In this document: positions 8,996 to 16,947 of the stretch, piece by piece | How positions within the stretch are numbered: position 1 is the first letter of the stretch | Layout of the letters: the number at the start of each line of letters is the position of its first letter | From: a virus | Taxonomy: Duplodnaviria; Heunggongvirae; Uroviricota; Caudoviricetes | Strand: one strand, 5' to 3' | DNA: 64,000 nt | Virus record (IMG/VR): IMGVR_UViG_3300048598_000131 | Notes under the pieces: generated by a model | Database searches by the model: none | The model's input: the letters and a program-made list of their open reading frames with translations, nothing else | Told to the model about the DNA's origin: nothing | Translations under genes and position numbers: made by a program

Positions 8996-9326
8996 GCTGC
9001 TTGTTTATTTGTATTTAGCGGTCTCTATCATTTTTGAAATGTGTGGAGATTATTGTGTAAAGATTGCGTCTATAAGCGTAGGTAGTAAATCCAAATTTAT
9101 GTGGATTGTATCGCTCGTAGCTTATAATTTTATGCTTATCGCTTGGATGATTGCAGTAAAGTATGCCAAAGTGATTACGATTCCTGGCACTGTTTGACTT
9201 GTATGCGGTCAGATAGCCGTAATAGTCGTAGGCGTGGGCATACTGCATGAACATGTCACGCTAATACAGCTTGTAGGTCTAGGCTTAGCCGTTGTAGGTT
9301 TGGCACTATTAGGATCAACAAATTAA
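8985..9326 (+). pseudogene. SMR-family (EmrE/SugE-like) small multidrug-resistance transporter interrupted by an in-frame TGA at 9195-9197
   Basis: Residues 1-70 (LAVSIIFEMCGDYCVKIAS ... IPGTV) and the in-frame continuation after the TGA (LVCGQIAVIVVGVGILHEHVTLIQLVGLGLAVVGLALLGSTN) together form a 113-aa, 4-TM protein. Its motifs align with SMR proteins: the TM1 Glu, IP.GTAYA.W.G.GAV, and ILLLGE/LLSLGLIVAG. The stop sits in the same frame. It is a UGA followed by C. Confidence 0.5.
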
Positions 9327-9446
9327 CTTTTATTTTAATTTGATTTAACTTTGTGCCGTGCTATAGTAGCAATGATTTAAGACTAGTCCCGTTTCTTCTA
9401 CTGAGGATTGGCCTTAAAACTTTCATAATAATTAATATAACATATA

Positions 9447-9479
9447 AGCTAGCATAGTTAGAAGCTGTGCTAGCTTTTT
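9447..9479 (+). terminator. hairpin + T-run (intrinsic-terminator-like), repeat copy 1
   Basis: AGCTAGCA tagttagaagctg TGCTAGCT, then TTTT. Confidence 0.5.
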
Positions 9480-9598
9480 AGCGTACGACACGGCTTTAAT
9501 TTGACTTAGCTCTGCGTTGTGATACAGTATCATTGCTTAAGGCTAATCTCAACGCTGTTCGTTGAGGGAGTGGCCTTGAAATTACATATATCATATTT

Positions 9599-9634
9599 AA
9601 GCTAGCATGGTGTAGCAATCATGTTAGCTTTTTA
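9599..9634 (+). terminator. hairpin + T-run, repeat copy 2
   Basis: AAGCTAGCATG gtgtagcaat CATGTTAGCTT, then TTT. One G-U pair in the stem. Confidence 0.5.
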
Positions 9635-9728
9635 GTGTACGACACAAATATAATTTGACATTCACTGCGCTTGCTGTAATTTGTAATCATTAAGACTGCA
9701 AGTCCTCGTTAGTCCTAGGCGATAGTTG

Positions 9729-9762
9729 AGCTAGCATAGATCATAAGCTGTGCTAGCTTTTT
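9729..9762 (+). terminator. hairpin + T-run, repeat copy 3
   Basis: AGCTAGCA tagatcataagctg TGCTAGCT, then TTTT. Confidence 0.5.
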
Positions 9763-9848
9763 AGCGTACGCCTTAGTTTCGATTTGACATTCTGTGCACA
9801 CGTGTTACATTCATTTTACTTTTAAGTAGGCCTGCCGACTAATCCGGT

Positions 9849-9886
9849 AGCTAGCATAGTTATAAGCTGTGCTAGCTTTTTCTTTT
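9849..9886 (+). terminator. hairpin + T-run, repeat copy 4 (immediately 5' of the tRNA)
   Basis: AGCTAGCA tagttataagctg TGCTAGCT, then TTTTCTTTTG. Ends 1 nt before tRNA position 1. Confidence 0.5.
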
Positions 9887-9962
9887 GTCTCTATAGCTCA
9901 AATGGATAGAGCACGAGATTTCTAATCTTGTGATTTTGGTTCGATTCCAAATAGAGACACCA
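9887..9962 (+). tRNA. tRNA-Arg (anticodon UCU), CCA encoded
   Basis: Hand-folded cloverleaf. The acceptor stem GTCTCTA pairs with TAGAGAC. The D-arm is GCTC/GAGC. The anticodon stem CGAGA/TCTTG encloses the loop TTTCTAA, giving anticodon TCT. The T-arm is TTTGG-TTCGATT-CCAAA. ACCA is at the 3' end. Length 76 nt. Confidence 0.9.
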
Positions 9963-9965
9963 TCA

Positions 9966-10010
9966 AATTAAAAATAAATGTTGACTACTGTACAGTCTAT
10001 GCTACTGTGT
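9966..10010 (+). promoter_or_regulatory. sigma70-type promoter motif (AATTAAAAATAAATGTTGACT)
   Basis: TTGACT at 9981-9986 with the conserved upstream element. The -10 is unclear. Confidence 0.4.
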
Positions 10011-10091
10011 ATTCATCACATAGCTCTACCCTATCAGGTGTGATTAAACCCGAGCAACTACGCTCGCAAAATGAGCTTGAAAGGAAATGAA

Positions 10092-10910
10092 ATGAAAGTG
10101 CATGTGAAGCAAGACGTGGCCGCAGCAATTCGAGCTGGGATTGAACCAAGTGAACTTACAGAGATCGATTTACCGATCAGTCTTTTAACTGCGGAACAAC
10201 GCGATTATATCGCTGATCGCAGGCATTATGTTTGGCCCGTGACAAAAGGCACCCCTGAGGAGGTGATCGCGGTCCTCGATAAAGATATCGCCGAATATAA
10301 GCGTTGTCAGGCGGAAGCCGAGGCTGAAGTCAAAGTCTGGCTGAAAGAGGCTAAGCCACAGCCAAAGGGGCACAGGAGCGAAGAAGGCATTAGCTGGATG
10401 GAATATGCAGTATACTACCCAAATTGTTATTCGCAAGGTATAGCGGCTTGGGCTGATAAAGAAATGAGTGAGAAAGTGGCTAAGCGCTACGCGGAGCTTG
10501 AGGCAGAGTGCAAGAAGCTTAATGCTGAATCACGTGCAAAGGTTCAGCCGCAGATCGACCGGATTAAAGCTCAGAGGGAAGAACGGGCACGGATTGAGGC
10601 AGAGCATGAGATGTTAGCGACTAAGGCTAAAGAGGAGGAACGCCTTAAGACCGGCATTGTGCGCATTCATTTAGAGCGGGGCACGCGTAGTACTTGGGGA
10701 GAGCCCTGGATTGCTATAGTGATTCCTCAGAACGGTCGTCGCCCAGAGTACGACTTCAGCAAAGGGAAGTACGACGAGACAACAGAGGAGCTGTCGATTC
10801 CGGCCAAGCCCGGTGATGTGATTGCTTATGGCCAGAGAAATTATAAAAAGGCCAGTGACACGATACATCACGTTGTTACCTTCTTAAAAGACGGTTCTTT
10901 TAAGGAATAA
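10092..10910 (+). CDS. hypothetical protein with central Ala/Glu/Lys-rich coiled-coil segment
   Basis: The longest ORF starts at 10071. The in-frame ATG at 10092 is preceded by AAGGAAA (SD, spacer about 5). The region ...AEAEAEVKVWLKEAKPQ...KAKEEERLK reads as coiled-coil. Confidence 0.55.
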   Translation: MKVHVKQDVAAAIRAGIEPSELTEIDLPISLLTAEQRDYIADRRHYVWPVTKGTPEEVIAVLDKDIAEYKRCQAEAEAEVKVWLKEAKPQPKGHRSEEGISWMEYAVYYPNCYSQGIAAWADKEMSEKVAKRYAELEAECKKLNAESRAKVQPQIDRIKAQREERARIEAEHEMLATKAKEEERLKTGIVRIHLERGTRSTWGEPWIAIVIPQNGRRPEYDFSKGKYDETTEELSIPAKPGDVIAYGQRNYKKASDTIHHVVTFLKDGSFKE

Positions 10911-11230
10911 TGACAGCAAAAGAATTTAAATCCATTCGTGCCCAGCTCGAATTAAAACAATACGAGCTGGGTAAAAAGTTAGGCATACGCGCTTCTCGTA
11001 CATGCCGCTACGAAAATGGTATGAGTAGAATTCCAGAGGATGTAGCTACGAAGTTGCTGCACTTACAGCAATTAGATACTTATGCTAGATCACTCAATAA
11101 ATTTATTAAGTCTAAAGAGGGAAAGGCCGCTGTACGTTTAGCGCTTACGCGAACAGAAGTTGCGATTAAGCAGTTGCATGAATCGTGTGAGGCCTATAGA
11201 ACGTTTCTGGACGATGAGGTAACTATCTAA
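10910..11230 (+). CDS. XRE-family helix-turn-helix transcriptional regulator
   Basis: Contains LKQYELGKKLGIRASRTCRYENGMSRIPEDVATKLLHL, a canonical HTH_XRE pattern. The ATG overlaps the upstream stop (TAATG). Confidence 0.7.
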   Translation: MTAKEFKSIRAQLELKQYELGKKLGIRASRTCRYENGMSRIPEDVATKLLHLQQLDTYARSLNKFIKSKEGKAAVRLALTRTEVAIKQLHESCEAYRTFLDDEVTI

Positions 11231-11243
11231 TAACATTTAGTAT

Positions 11244-11552
11244 ATGCCATTCTTTAAAAAGAAAATTGATGTAAAGTCAGTAGGTAGTGCAGAGATGAAA
11301 AGCACCTTGGTATTCTTAAAGGAACGTCGAGACTCTTTGGAGTCAGAGGTGAAAGAATTACGCGTTACGCTTAAGGAAAAAGAAACTAGGTTGACTAATC
11401 TAATAAGAGTTTACAATAATTTGTCGTTGTTAGACATGGAGATTAAAGCTAAGCTAGCTAAGATCAGTGAACGGGACATAATTAAAGAGCGGGATAGAAT
11501 CAGAGAGCGACAGGCTAGACTGCATGAAGCAGGTATAACTGAAGGTTTATAA
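11244..11552 (+). CDS. hypothetical coiled-coil protein
   Basis: 102 aa with heptad-like charged repeats. Confidence 0.5.
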   Translation: MPFFKKKIDVKSVGSAEMKSTLVFLKERRDSLESEVKELRVTLKEKETRLTNLIRVYNNLSLLDMEIKAKLAKISERDIIKERDRIRERQARLHEAGITEGL

Positions 11553-11566
11553 TTTAGCCACATATG

Positions 11567-11599
11567 AAAGCTCGTAGATTGAATCTCTACGAGCTTTTT
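11567..11599 (+). terminator. rho-independent terminator between convergent genes
   Basis: AAAGCTCGTAGA ttgaatc TCTACGAGCTTT followed by TT. A perfect 12-bp stem. Confidence 0.7.
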
Positions 11600-11608
11600 G
11601 CTGTACGA

Positions 11609-11893
11609 CTATAACCTGATTAATTGTTCGAACTCAGGTGTGAGCCGTTTGATCGTGGGCAGGTTAGTGCTTAGGACTTGGGCACAGCGGCGTAGAGACG
11701 ACACAGCTTGGTTCTCGATGCCGGAAAGAAAAGCCAATTTGCATATAGCCGTATAGGCTGCGTTTACCTCGTGCTTTAGAAGGTCTTCACATCCAAGTGC
11801 TTTGAACATTTCCACTTCTTTCGGTGAAAATTCTGGGTAAGTTTCGTCTCTCAGTTGTTGATTTTGGGCTGTTGAATTCATGTCGTCTACCAT
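11609..11893 (-). CDS. hypothetical protein (one of only 6 minus-strand genes called)
   Basis: 94-aa ORF convergent with the upstream plus-strand block. Divergent from the promoter region at 11.9 kb. Confidence 0.5.
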   Translation of the reverse strand: MVDDMNSTAQNQQLRDETYPEFSPKEVEMFKALGCEDLLKHEVNAAYTAICKLAFLSGIENQAVSSLRRCAQVLSTNLPTIKRLTPEFEQLIRL

Positions 11894-11915
11894 ATCTTAA
11901 AATGTATACAAGTCA

Positions 11916-11969
11916 AATTAAAAATAATTGTTTACATTTGAAAATCGTGTGCTACGTTATGTATACATT
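11916..11969 (+). promoter_or_regulatory. sigma70-type promoter motif (AAATTAAAAATAATTGTTTACA ... ATGTATACATTT)
   Basis: TTTACA at 11931-11936 with the conserved upstream element. The downstream ATGTATACATTT block is identical to the one after the 952 promoter. Confidence 0.4.
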
Positions 11970-11978
11970 TACTAGCCT

Positions 11979-12440
11979 ATGTTAACCTATAGAAAGTCAC
12001 ATACAGATCACGCAGAATTACATACTAATGAGCGTAAGATGCTCGATCAAATCGATACGTACATCGATTTGATTTACATCTATTTTAAGGCTAATCAAAA
12101 GGAGGAGACAGCACGAGATTATCTGCTCTATACGTTTTTGCTTAAGCTGGATGAGATGATGATAGATCAGCTTGAGCGGCCTGCGCTGTTCGCTCAGTAT
12201 GAGTTTGACGTATTTGCCTACATTAAGGAGGCGCGTATCCCGGTGCTTAAGCAGCTGAAGCTTGTGGACGGCTGTATGCTCTTTGAGATGGAAGACGGCT
12301 CGTGTAAGTCAATCTATGATTTACGCGTTATTTTGGAAGCACAGTACGACAGTGAGAGTAAGCTACGTGCTTTGACATGGGACTACAATGCGTTTTTGCT
12401 GAGTGCCTGGGGGCTAGGATCTGTTAGTAAGAAGAGATAA
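11979..12440 (+). CDS. hypothetical protein
   Basis: 153-aa ORF. Confidence 0.5.
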   Translation: MLTYRKSHTDHAELHTNERKMLDQIDTYIDLIYIYFKANQKEETARDYLLYTFLLKLDEMMIDQLERPALFAQYEFDVFAYIKEARIPVLKQLKLVDGCMLFEMEDGSCKSIYDLRVILEAQYDSESKLRALTWDYNAFLLSAWGLGSVSKKR

Positions 12441-12463
12441 CTATTTAATATAAACTAAATACT

Positions 12464-12949
12464 ATGACTGATAATGAAATTGAAAAATTGATACGGGCAA
12501 AGATTGATGAAGCACTAGGAGACCGATCTTTGCTAATTGCGCGCTGGCGTGCGCTCGATCCTAAGGCCGATGCTAGCCGTATCAATGTGTTTCCAAATCA
12601 TAAATTCAGGCACTATCACTATAGCTCAGGCAAAGACGCGTGGTCGGTTGAAGTTTCAGCTCCATGGGATGTTCACGTAAGAGCCGTGAAGTATCCTGTG
12701 GAATTGAGCGATAATGCTGTGTCATTTAATGTTAAAGCCGTGTTGGAGCGCTATAAGCTAATTGTTGATGCTTTGGTTGATCTTGCAAAGAAAGATTCTG
12801 GTGAACGTGCTCTTGCACAGGCTATTCCGAAGCACGATGATCCAACAATTTCCATTTATGTTGAAAATGGGGCTTACACACTTAGTCTTTGTAGACGTCA
12901 TCTTACGTTAGATGACGTGAATTCACTGTTGGCTAAGCTTAAATCTTAA
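12464..12949 (+). CDS. hypothetical protein
   Basis: 161-aa ORF. Confidence 0.5.
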   Translation: MTDNEIEKLIRAKIDEALGDRSLLIARWRALDPKADASRINVFPNHKFRHYHYSSGKDAWSVEVSAPWDVHVRAVKYPVELSDNAVSFNVKAVLERYKLIVDALVDLAKKDSGERALAQAIPKHDDPTISIYVENGAYTLSLCRRHLTLDDVNSLLAKLKS

Positions 12950-12953
12950 TCAT

Positions 12954-13823
12954 ATGAAAGACACATTATTTGAACCTGTAGTCGGAATACCAAAGTCATT
13001 TGAACAGTATGCAGAGAAGTTAAAGGGCGAAGATGATTCAAAATCATGCTTTCTTACTTTAGTCTCTGGTGCGAAAGAGCCAGAAGTCTGTAGCTGGGCA
13101 CATGACATGATGAATATGTACAAAGCTTGGTTTGAGAGCCTGGGCATGAAGTGTATTGTGCTGCATACAGCGTGCCTTGATGGTAAGCCAGAGCTTATCG
13201 CACGTGCGACGTTGCTGATAGTGGGTAACTATGCTTATGGCATTGGCAAGTGTGAGACGGGCATTCATCGGTGTAGTCGCTGGACGAAATTTAAGCCGAC
13301 GGCTATGCTGTGTACATGCTTTGTCTCAGTAGAGGTTTTACCGTTTGACGCTATAAGCGTTAAAGACTACGAAGCTGAGTTATTCTATTCTGTAGGTTTC
13401 GACTTTTTGGCTGGATCGTCTACGACGATTATTACTGCGATGCGTGAAGGAGCCGAAGCGAGTGTTACACTTACACCTGCTACTGAAATTAGCGTGATCG
13501 GGGCTTGCGTTAAAAATGACATAGCTGTTCCTAAGACAGAATATAAAGAGTCGGATGTTGCTACAGTTAAGGGAGGCAACTTAGAATCGGATATTATGGT
13601 TGCTATGGTCAAGCACCTGCTTGCCGCGAGATTGAACAACGGAGCGTTTAGCATAGCGTGGGGTAACATTATTCGCAGCTATGTGTTTGCGCCGTATACG
13701 GCGATAAAGGACAGCCGTAATGGCTATGAGACGGCTAACGTGAACGGAGTAGTGAACGGCGATTTAAACGAGTTAGTTGCCTTGTGGTTTGAGCACGGTT
13801 GTCCTAATACCTGCTCAGCATAG
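12954..13823 (+). CDS. hypothetical protein
   Basis: 289-aa ORF with good coding look. No motif recognised. Confidence 0.55.
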   Translation: MKDTLFEPVVGIPKSFEQYAEKLKGEDDSKSCFLTLVSGAKEPEVCSWAHDMMNMYKAWFESLGMKCIVLHTACLDGKPELIARATLLIVGNYAYGIGKCETGIHRCSRWTKFKPTAMLCTCFVSVEVLPFDAISVKDYEAELFYSVGFDFLAGSSTTIITAMREGAEASVTLTPATEISVIGACVKNDIAVPKTEYKESDVATVKGGNLESDIMVAMVKHLLAARLNNGAFSIAWGNIIRSYVFAPYTAIKDSRNGYETANVNGVVNGDLNELVALWFEHGCPNTCSA

Positions 13824-13831
13824 CGTGTTTT

Positions 13832-13877
13832 AAATTAAAATTTAATGTTGACATTTAAATAGGATGCACTATATTAA
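13832..13877 (+). promoter_or_regulatory. sigma70-type promoter (AAATTAAAATTTAATGTTGACA ... ATATTA)
   Basis: TTGACA at 13848-13853. After a 17-bp spacer, ATATTA at 13871-13876. The predicted TSS falls at about 13883, which coincides with the ATG (possible leaderless transcript). Confidence 0.5.
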
Positions 13878-13882
13878 ATAGT

Positions 13883-14314
13883 ATGAACATTGTTTTGGAC
13901 ATTACAGTAGTCGATGTTGAACGATCGGGGAGTGTGCTCGAAGCGATTAGGCGTAACATATATTACTCGAACAATCTGTACGAAGGGCAGGTTGGCTCGT
14001 CAAAGATGACGACGTTTACAGGTAAGGTCGTAAATCGCACTGTAGACGACTACGCTGAGACAGCACTGATTGACTTGGATGCTGATGCTTATATCGACGT
14101 AGAGAGTGGCAGGGCGGCTTATCTGGATGAGGATAAGCGCGTTCAATGGACGCCTAAGAGCCGAGTTTGCCTAGTACCCCCGGACTACACGCAAATAGCT
14201 CAGTATCCGGCTTCAACAGCCAAGATGATTGAGGCGCTGAATGTTCATGTAGATTGTAGCGATTTGGTAAGATGGAAAGAAATCAGTGAAACAATTGAAA
14301 ACAAAAATCGATAA
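13883..14314 (+). CDS. hypothetical protein
   Basis: 143-aa ORF. Confidence 0.5.
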   Translation: MNIVLDITVVDVERSGSVLEAIRRNIYYSNNLYEGQVGSSKMTTFTGKVVNRTVDDYAETALIDLDADAYIDVESGRAAYLDEDKRVQWTPKSRVCLVPPDYTQIAQYPASTAKMIEALNVHVDCSDLVRWKEISETIENKNR

Positions 14315-14319
14315 GAATT

Positions 14320-14511
14320 ATGACTAGATACTATGCGTTAGTTGAAGTGGTAAAAGACAACATAACAGGCACTGAACCTTTCGTGGTCGTACAGTCGACG
14401 AAGGACAGACAGCCTGTGGTCTTGCACGATCAAGCGATGGAAGAGGATATCACGTGGGTAGGCCCGGTGCGCGTTAAGATGTTCAATCTTGGAGTGCTTC
14501 ACGCGGACTAG
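14320..14511 (+). CDS. hypothetical small protein
   Basis: 63-aa ORF. Confidence 0.4.
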   Translation: MTRYYALVEVVKDNITGTEPFVVVQSTKDRQPVVLHDQAMEEDITWVGPVRVKMFNLGVLHAD

Positions 14512-14526
14512 GCACAATTTCTAGTA

Positions 14527-14757
14527 ATGAACGCTAAACAACAGGTTTTATCTGATCAACTTTGGTCGGTGGTTAAGCCAAGGTGTGGCACCGCTGATGC
14601 CATTGAAGAAATGAATGCTAAGATGTTGGCTTTTCATTCAGCGTTGCATTCTACGCGAAAATCTGATCCCAGGCTTGTTCATTACGCGAAGGCGGTGATG
14701 GAGCGCGATATTTCAGCGGCTGAGCTGTTCAGAAGTATAATTAGTAGTAATTACTAG
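14527..14757 (+). CDS. hypothetical small protein
   Basis: 76-aa ORF. Confidence 0.4.
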   Translation: MNAKQQVLSDQLWSVVKPRCGTADAIEEMNAKMLAFHSALHSTRKSDPRLVHYAKAVMERDISAAELFRSIISSNY

Positions 14758-14784
14758 GTAAATGTTTTTAACAAGGAATAATGT

Positions 14785-15210
14785 ATGAGCGATTCTAGTG
14801 AAGATCCGGTTATTGAGTCTGCAATAGCTGGGCTTAAAGATGTCACGGGCAAAGAAGTTAAGCGCACGGACGAAGGCTTGGTCTTCTACGATCATTTTAC
14901 CGGGAGATACTGGCTTGCTCCTTGGACGACCGCGCGTGCTTTTGCCAATTGGACGCGCAACGTCGGAGGCTATAACGCGTGGCGACTAAATTTTGAATTC
15001 ATACGACTGAGCTATTATAGTCCGGCTGAGGCGGCTAAAGCTATTCAGAGATCGAATGAACCACGCAATGATCCTGATGAGTATGTTGAATATTTCATGG
15101 CTTTGTTCTATAGAAAGCCCACAAAAGATGAGCTGGCTTACGCAGATATTTTTGAGATGTGCGAGAATAAAGTAGAAGAGATTAGTGCATCGAACAAAAT
15201 GAAAGATTAG
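14785..15210 (+). CDS. hypothetical protein
   Basis: 141-aa ORF. Confidence 0.5.
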   Translation: MSDSSEDPVIESAIAGLKDVTGKEVKRTDEGLVFYDHFTGRYWLAPWTTARAFANWTRNVGGYNAWRLNFEFIRLSYYSPAEAAKAIQRSNEPRNDPDEYVEYFMALFYRKPTKDELAYADIFEMCENKVEEISASNKMKD

Positions 15211-15213
15211 CCT

Positions 15214-15438
15214 ATGAATATCATATTGGATAAAGGTGTGTGTTTTGGAGAGCTTAAACCGGGTGATGTATTTGTGCGCCGTGATGATTCGAGTATGATT
15301 ACACTTATAAAAGCTGAAGTCTCCGCGTGGCACGGTACTGCAAATGCCTATAGTATTCGTAACGGTGGTGCTTACAGCCTTAAATCTGATTGTAAGTGCA
15401 TTCGGCGTTCTGCGGAAATTGTAATTAGCGATTTATAA
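15214..15438 (+). CDS. small protein related to paralog family B
   Basis: LKPGDVFVRRDDSSMITLIKAE resembles the G.VF..(D/E)..L(F/Y) core of family B at 3.1-4.8 kb. Confidence 0.45.
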   Translation: MNIILDKGVCFGELKPGDVFVRRDDSSMITLIKAEVSAWHGTANAYSIRNGGAYSLKSDCKCIRRSAEIVISDL

Positions 15439-15445
15439 ACTAGGT

Positions 15446-15664
15446 ATGAAAATAACAGATAATAGGTCAAAAAGCATATTTCTTAGGATAAGAGATATTA
15501 AGCCGGGTGAAGCCTTTACAATAGATAAAGACAATACTCCATACATGAAAACAGATGAAGGTGATAATGATTGTGCGCTTAATCTTGTTACTAGCGAACC
15601 TCAGCTAGTTGATCCAGGAGTTCCTGTTGTGCGGCTTAATGCCATAGTTATAACCGGCGCGTAA
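15446..15664 (+). CDS. small protein related to paralog family B
   Basis: IKPGEAFTIDKDNTPYMKTDE shows the same pattern. Confidence 0.45.
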   Translation: MKITDNRSKSIFLRIRDIKPGEAFTIDKDNTPYMKTDEGDNDCALNLVTSEPQLVDPGVPVVRLNAIVITGA

Positions 15665-15667
15665 AGA

Positions 15668-15711
15668 TATTTAAATTTAATGTTGACTTTCGGTACACGT
15701 GCATTATCTTA
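15668..15711 (+). promoter_or_regulatory. sigma70-type promoter motif (TTAAATTTAATGTTGACT)
   Basis: TTGACT at 15683-15688. A TATCTT-like -10 lies 16-17 bp downstream. Confidence 0.45.
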
Positions 15712-15723
15712 TCCGTATAACCT

Positions 15724-16158
15724 ATGAGCACGACAAACAATTACTCGGTGGTCCTTATCCCAAAGAAAAATGGGAAATGGACGGTCATCAGCGGACATGG
15801 CAACTATAAAGGTACTTTCAGCAGTGAATTCGCTGCTAGAAGCTACTGCCTTAAAGCCAAGCTCACTCCTATTGATGCCAATAGCACCCTTGGGATGAGC
15901 GCGATCAAGAATTATCGGCACGGTAATGGAAGCCGACGTATGACCGTGGTAACTGTGGATAACACGTCGTACGACGTTACCGTGAAAGGCGACAAGATAG
16001 ACTTTAAGCATTACGCCAAAGGTCCCTATTTGGCTGTAAGCGGCAAGAATAAGGTGTTGGCCGCTGCTCGTAGGGGCGATGACGTTGTTCAGCTTAAGAC
16101 CACTGATTTCTTGGGTGAAACATGGGATGTGAACGAATTAGTAGCCTATTTGGGCTAG
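15724..16158 (+). CDS. hypothetical protein
   Basis: 144-aa ORF. The overlapping minus-strand ORF is judged spurious. Confidence 0.55.
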   Translation: MSTTNNYSVVLIPKKNGKWTVISGHGNYKGTFSSEFAARSYCLKAKLTPIDANSTLGMSAIKNYRHGNGSRRMTVVTVDNTSYDVTVKGDKIDFKHYAKGPYLAVSGKNKVLAAARRGDDVVQLKTTDFLGETWDVNELVAYLG

Positions 16159-16159
16159 T

Positions 16160-16658
16160 GTCTAGCCCTGCTTGCCAGTTTGTTGTGGCGATGGATTGGC
16201 AAGAGCACGCATGCAGAAACATCCCAATGCTGTATGCGTGCATCCTTTCTTGGCTGAACTTGCGATGATTCAGCCAAGATAATATGACACCTGCGCGTAA
16301 TCAGGTTACTCAGTTATTCGCAGGCGTAGTTTAGCAGCGTTGCTGATGTTTAGGATTTGTACATCAGTTGATACGCGCTGACTAAGCCAGTAGTCTTACG
16401 CTGCTGGCTTCATCAATTTGCTGCGGTTTCAGCCTGTGCTCATATGCCGGTGGTCTTCCGGCAACTGAGATCGCAGCGACTATTTTGTGATAGGTCAGTA
16501 GTGTATTATGGTTAATGGTTGGAACTATTAGCTGTGTGCACGCATAGGCAGTATTGGCCTATCACGCTAATTTAGCAGGTTGGTTCGTAGAATAGGGCAC
16601 TGATTGGTGGTAGGTGCTGAAGTGGGGATGACCAACCTGCTATTAAATTTTACTGCGT
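16160..16658. other. about 500-bp ORF-free, GC-richer, hairpin-dense region (candidate structured ncRNA / cis element)
   Basis: No ORF of at least 60 aa on either strand. Multiple inverted repeats: CTTGCCA..TGGCAAG, GGCTGAA..TTCAGCC, GCCAG..CTGGC, and AGCAGGTTGGT..GACCAACCTGCT (11 bp). Confidence 0.35.
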
Positions 16659-16928
16659 ATGTCACATTTTCGATTAGTGTTAATCATCCTGCTGCTAAAA
16701 GTAGTAGGTTTATTTTTAATAGTCGCTGGAGGTTATGCTGCGATTCAGACGGGTTACTGGATAATTTACATGCTTTCTGAAATGAAGTCTGGAGAGCTAT
16801 TCATGAGCATTTTGATTTTAATTTTTAAGCTCTGCTGGATTGTTTCGTCCGAAGTGTGCGCTAACCTGTGCATTGCTCAGTGTCATGCGTATAGTTCAGG
16901 GCTATTGATGATTAACAATACTAAGTAG
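16659..16928 (+). CDS. possible small hydrophobic protein
   Basis: 89-aa ORF that is very hydrophobic. Its odd composition means it could be non-coding. Confidence 0.3.
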   Translation: MSHFRLVLIILLLKVVGLFLIVAGGYAAIQTGYWIIYMLSEMKSGELFMSILILIFKLCWIVSSEVCANLCIAQCHAYSSGLLMINNTK

Positions 16929-16947
16929 CTTTATTTTACGAAATATT

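Larger units (their letters stand above)
9325..9886 (+). repeat. tandem array of about 4 repeated units, each ending in an AGCTAGCA-loop-TGCTAGCT-TTTTT hairpin and followed by AGCGTACGAC..AATTTGACW
   Basis: The hairpins lie at 9447-9479, 9599-9634, 9729-9762 and 9849-9886. Unit spacing is 152, 130 and 120 bp. TTGACT/TTGACA sit at 9501-9506, 9655-9660 and 9784-9789. The last hairpin abuts the tRNA 5' end. Confidence 0.6.

Noticed and set aside
8985-9326. Genome-wide UGA reassignment (alternative genetic code) as the explanation for the in-frame TGA in the SMR gene
   Set aside because: Many well-supported genes in the window terminate at TGA (for example 25301..28159 and 5932..6411). Long ORFs are uninterrupted under the standard code. 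Recoding is therefore not global.
9325-9886. CRISPR array interpretation of the tandem hairpin repeats
   Set aside because: Only 4 copies with irregular spacing of 120-152 bp. The repeats are hairpin plus T-run terminator-like elements, each followed by a -35-like box. No cas genes nearby. The element abuts a tRNA. A small-RNA/tRNA cluster is the better explanation.
15709-16011. 100-aa minus-strand ORF overlapping 15724..16158
   Set aside because: Entirely embedded antisense to a longer plus-strand ORF that follows a conserved promoter. Every other gene in the neighbourhood is on the plus strand.
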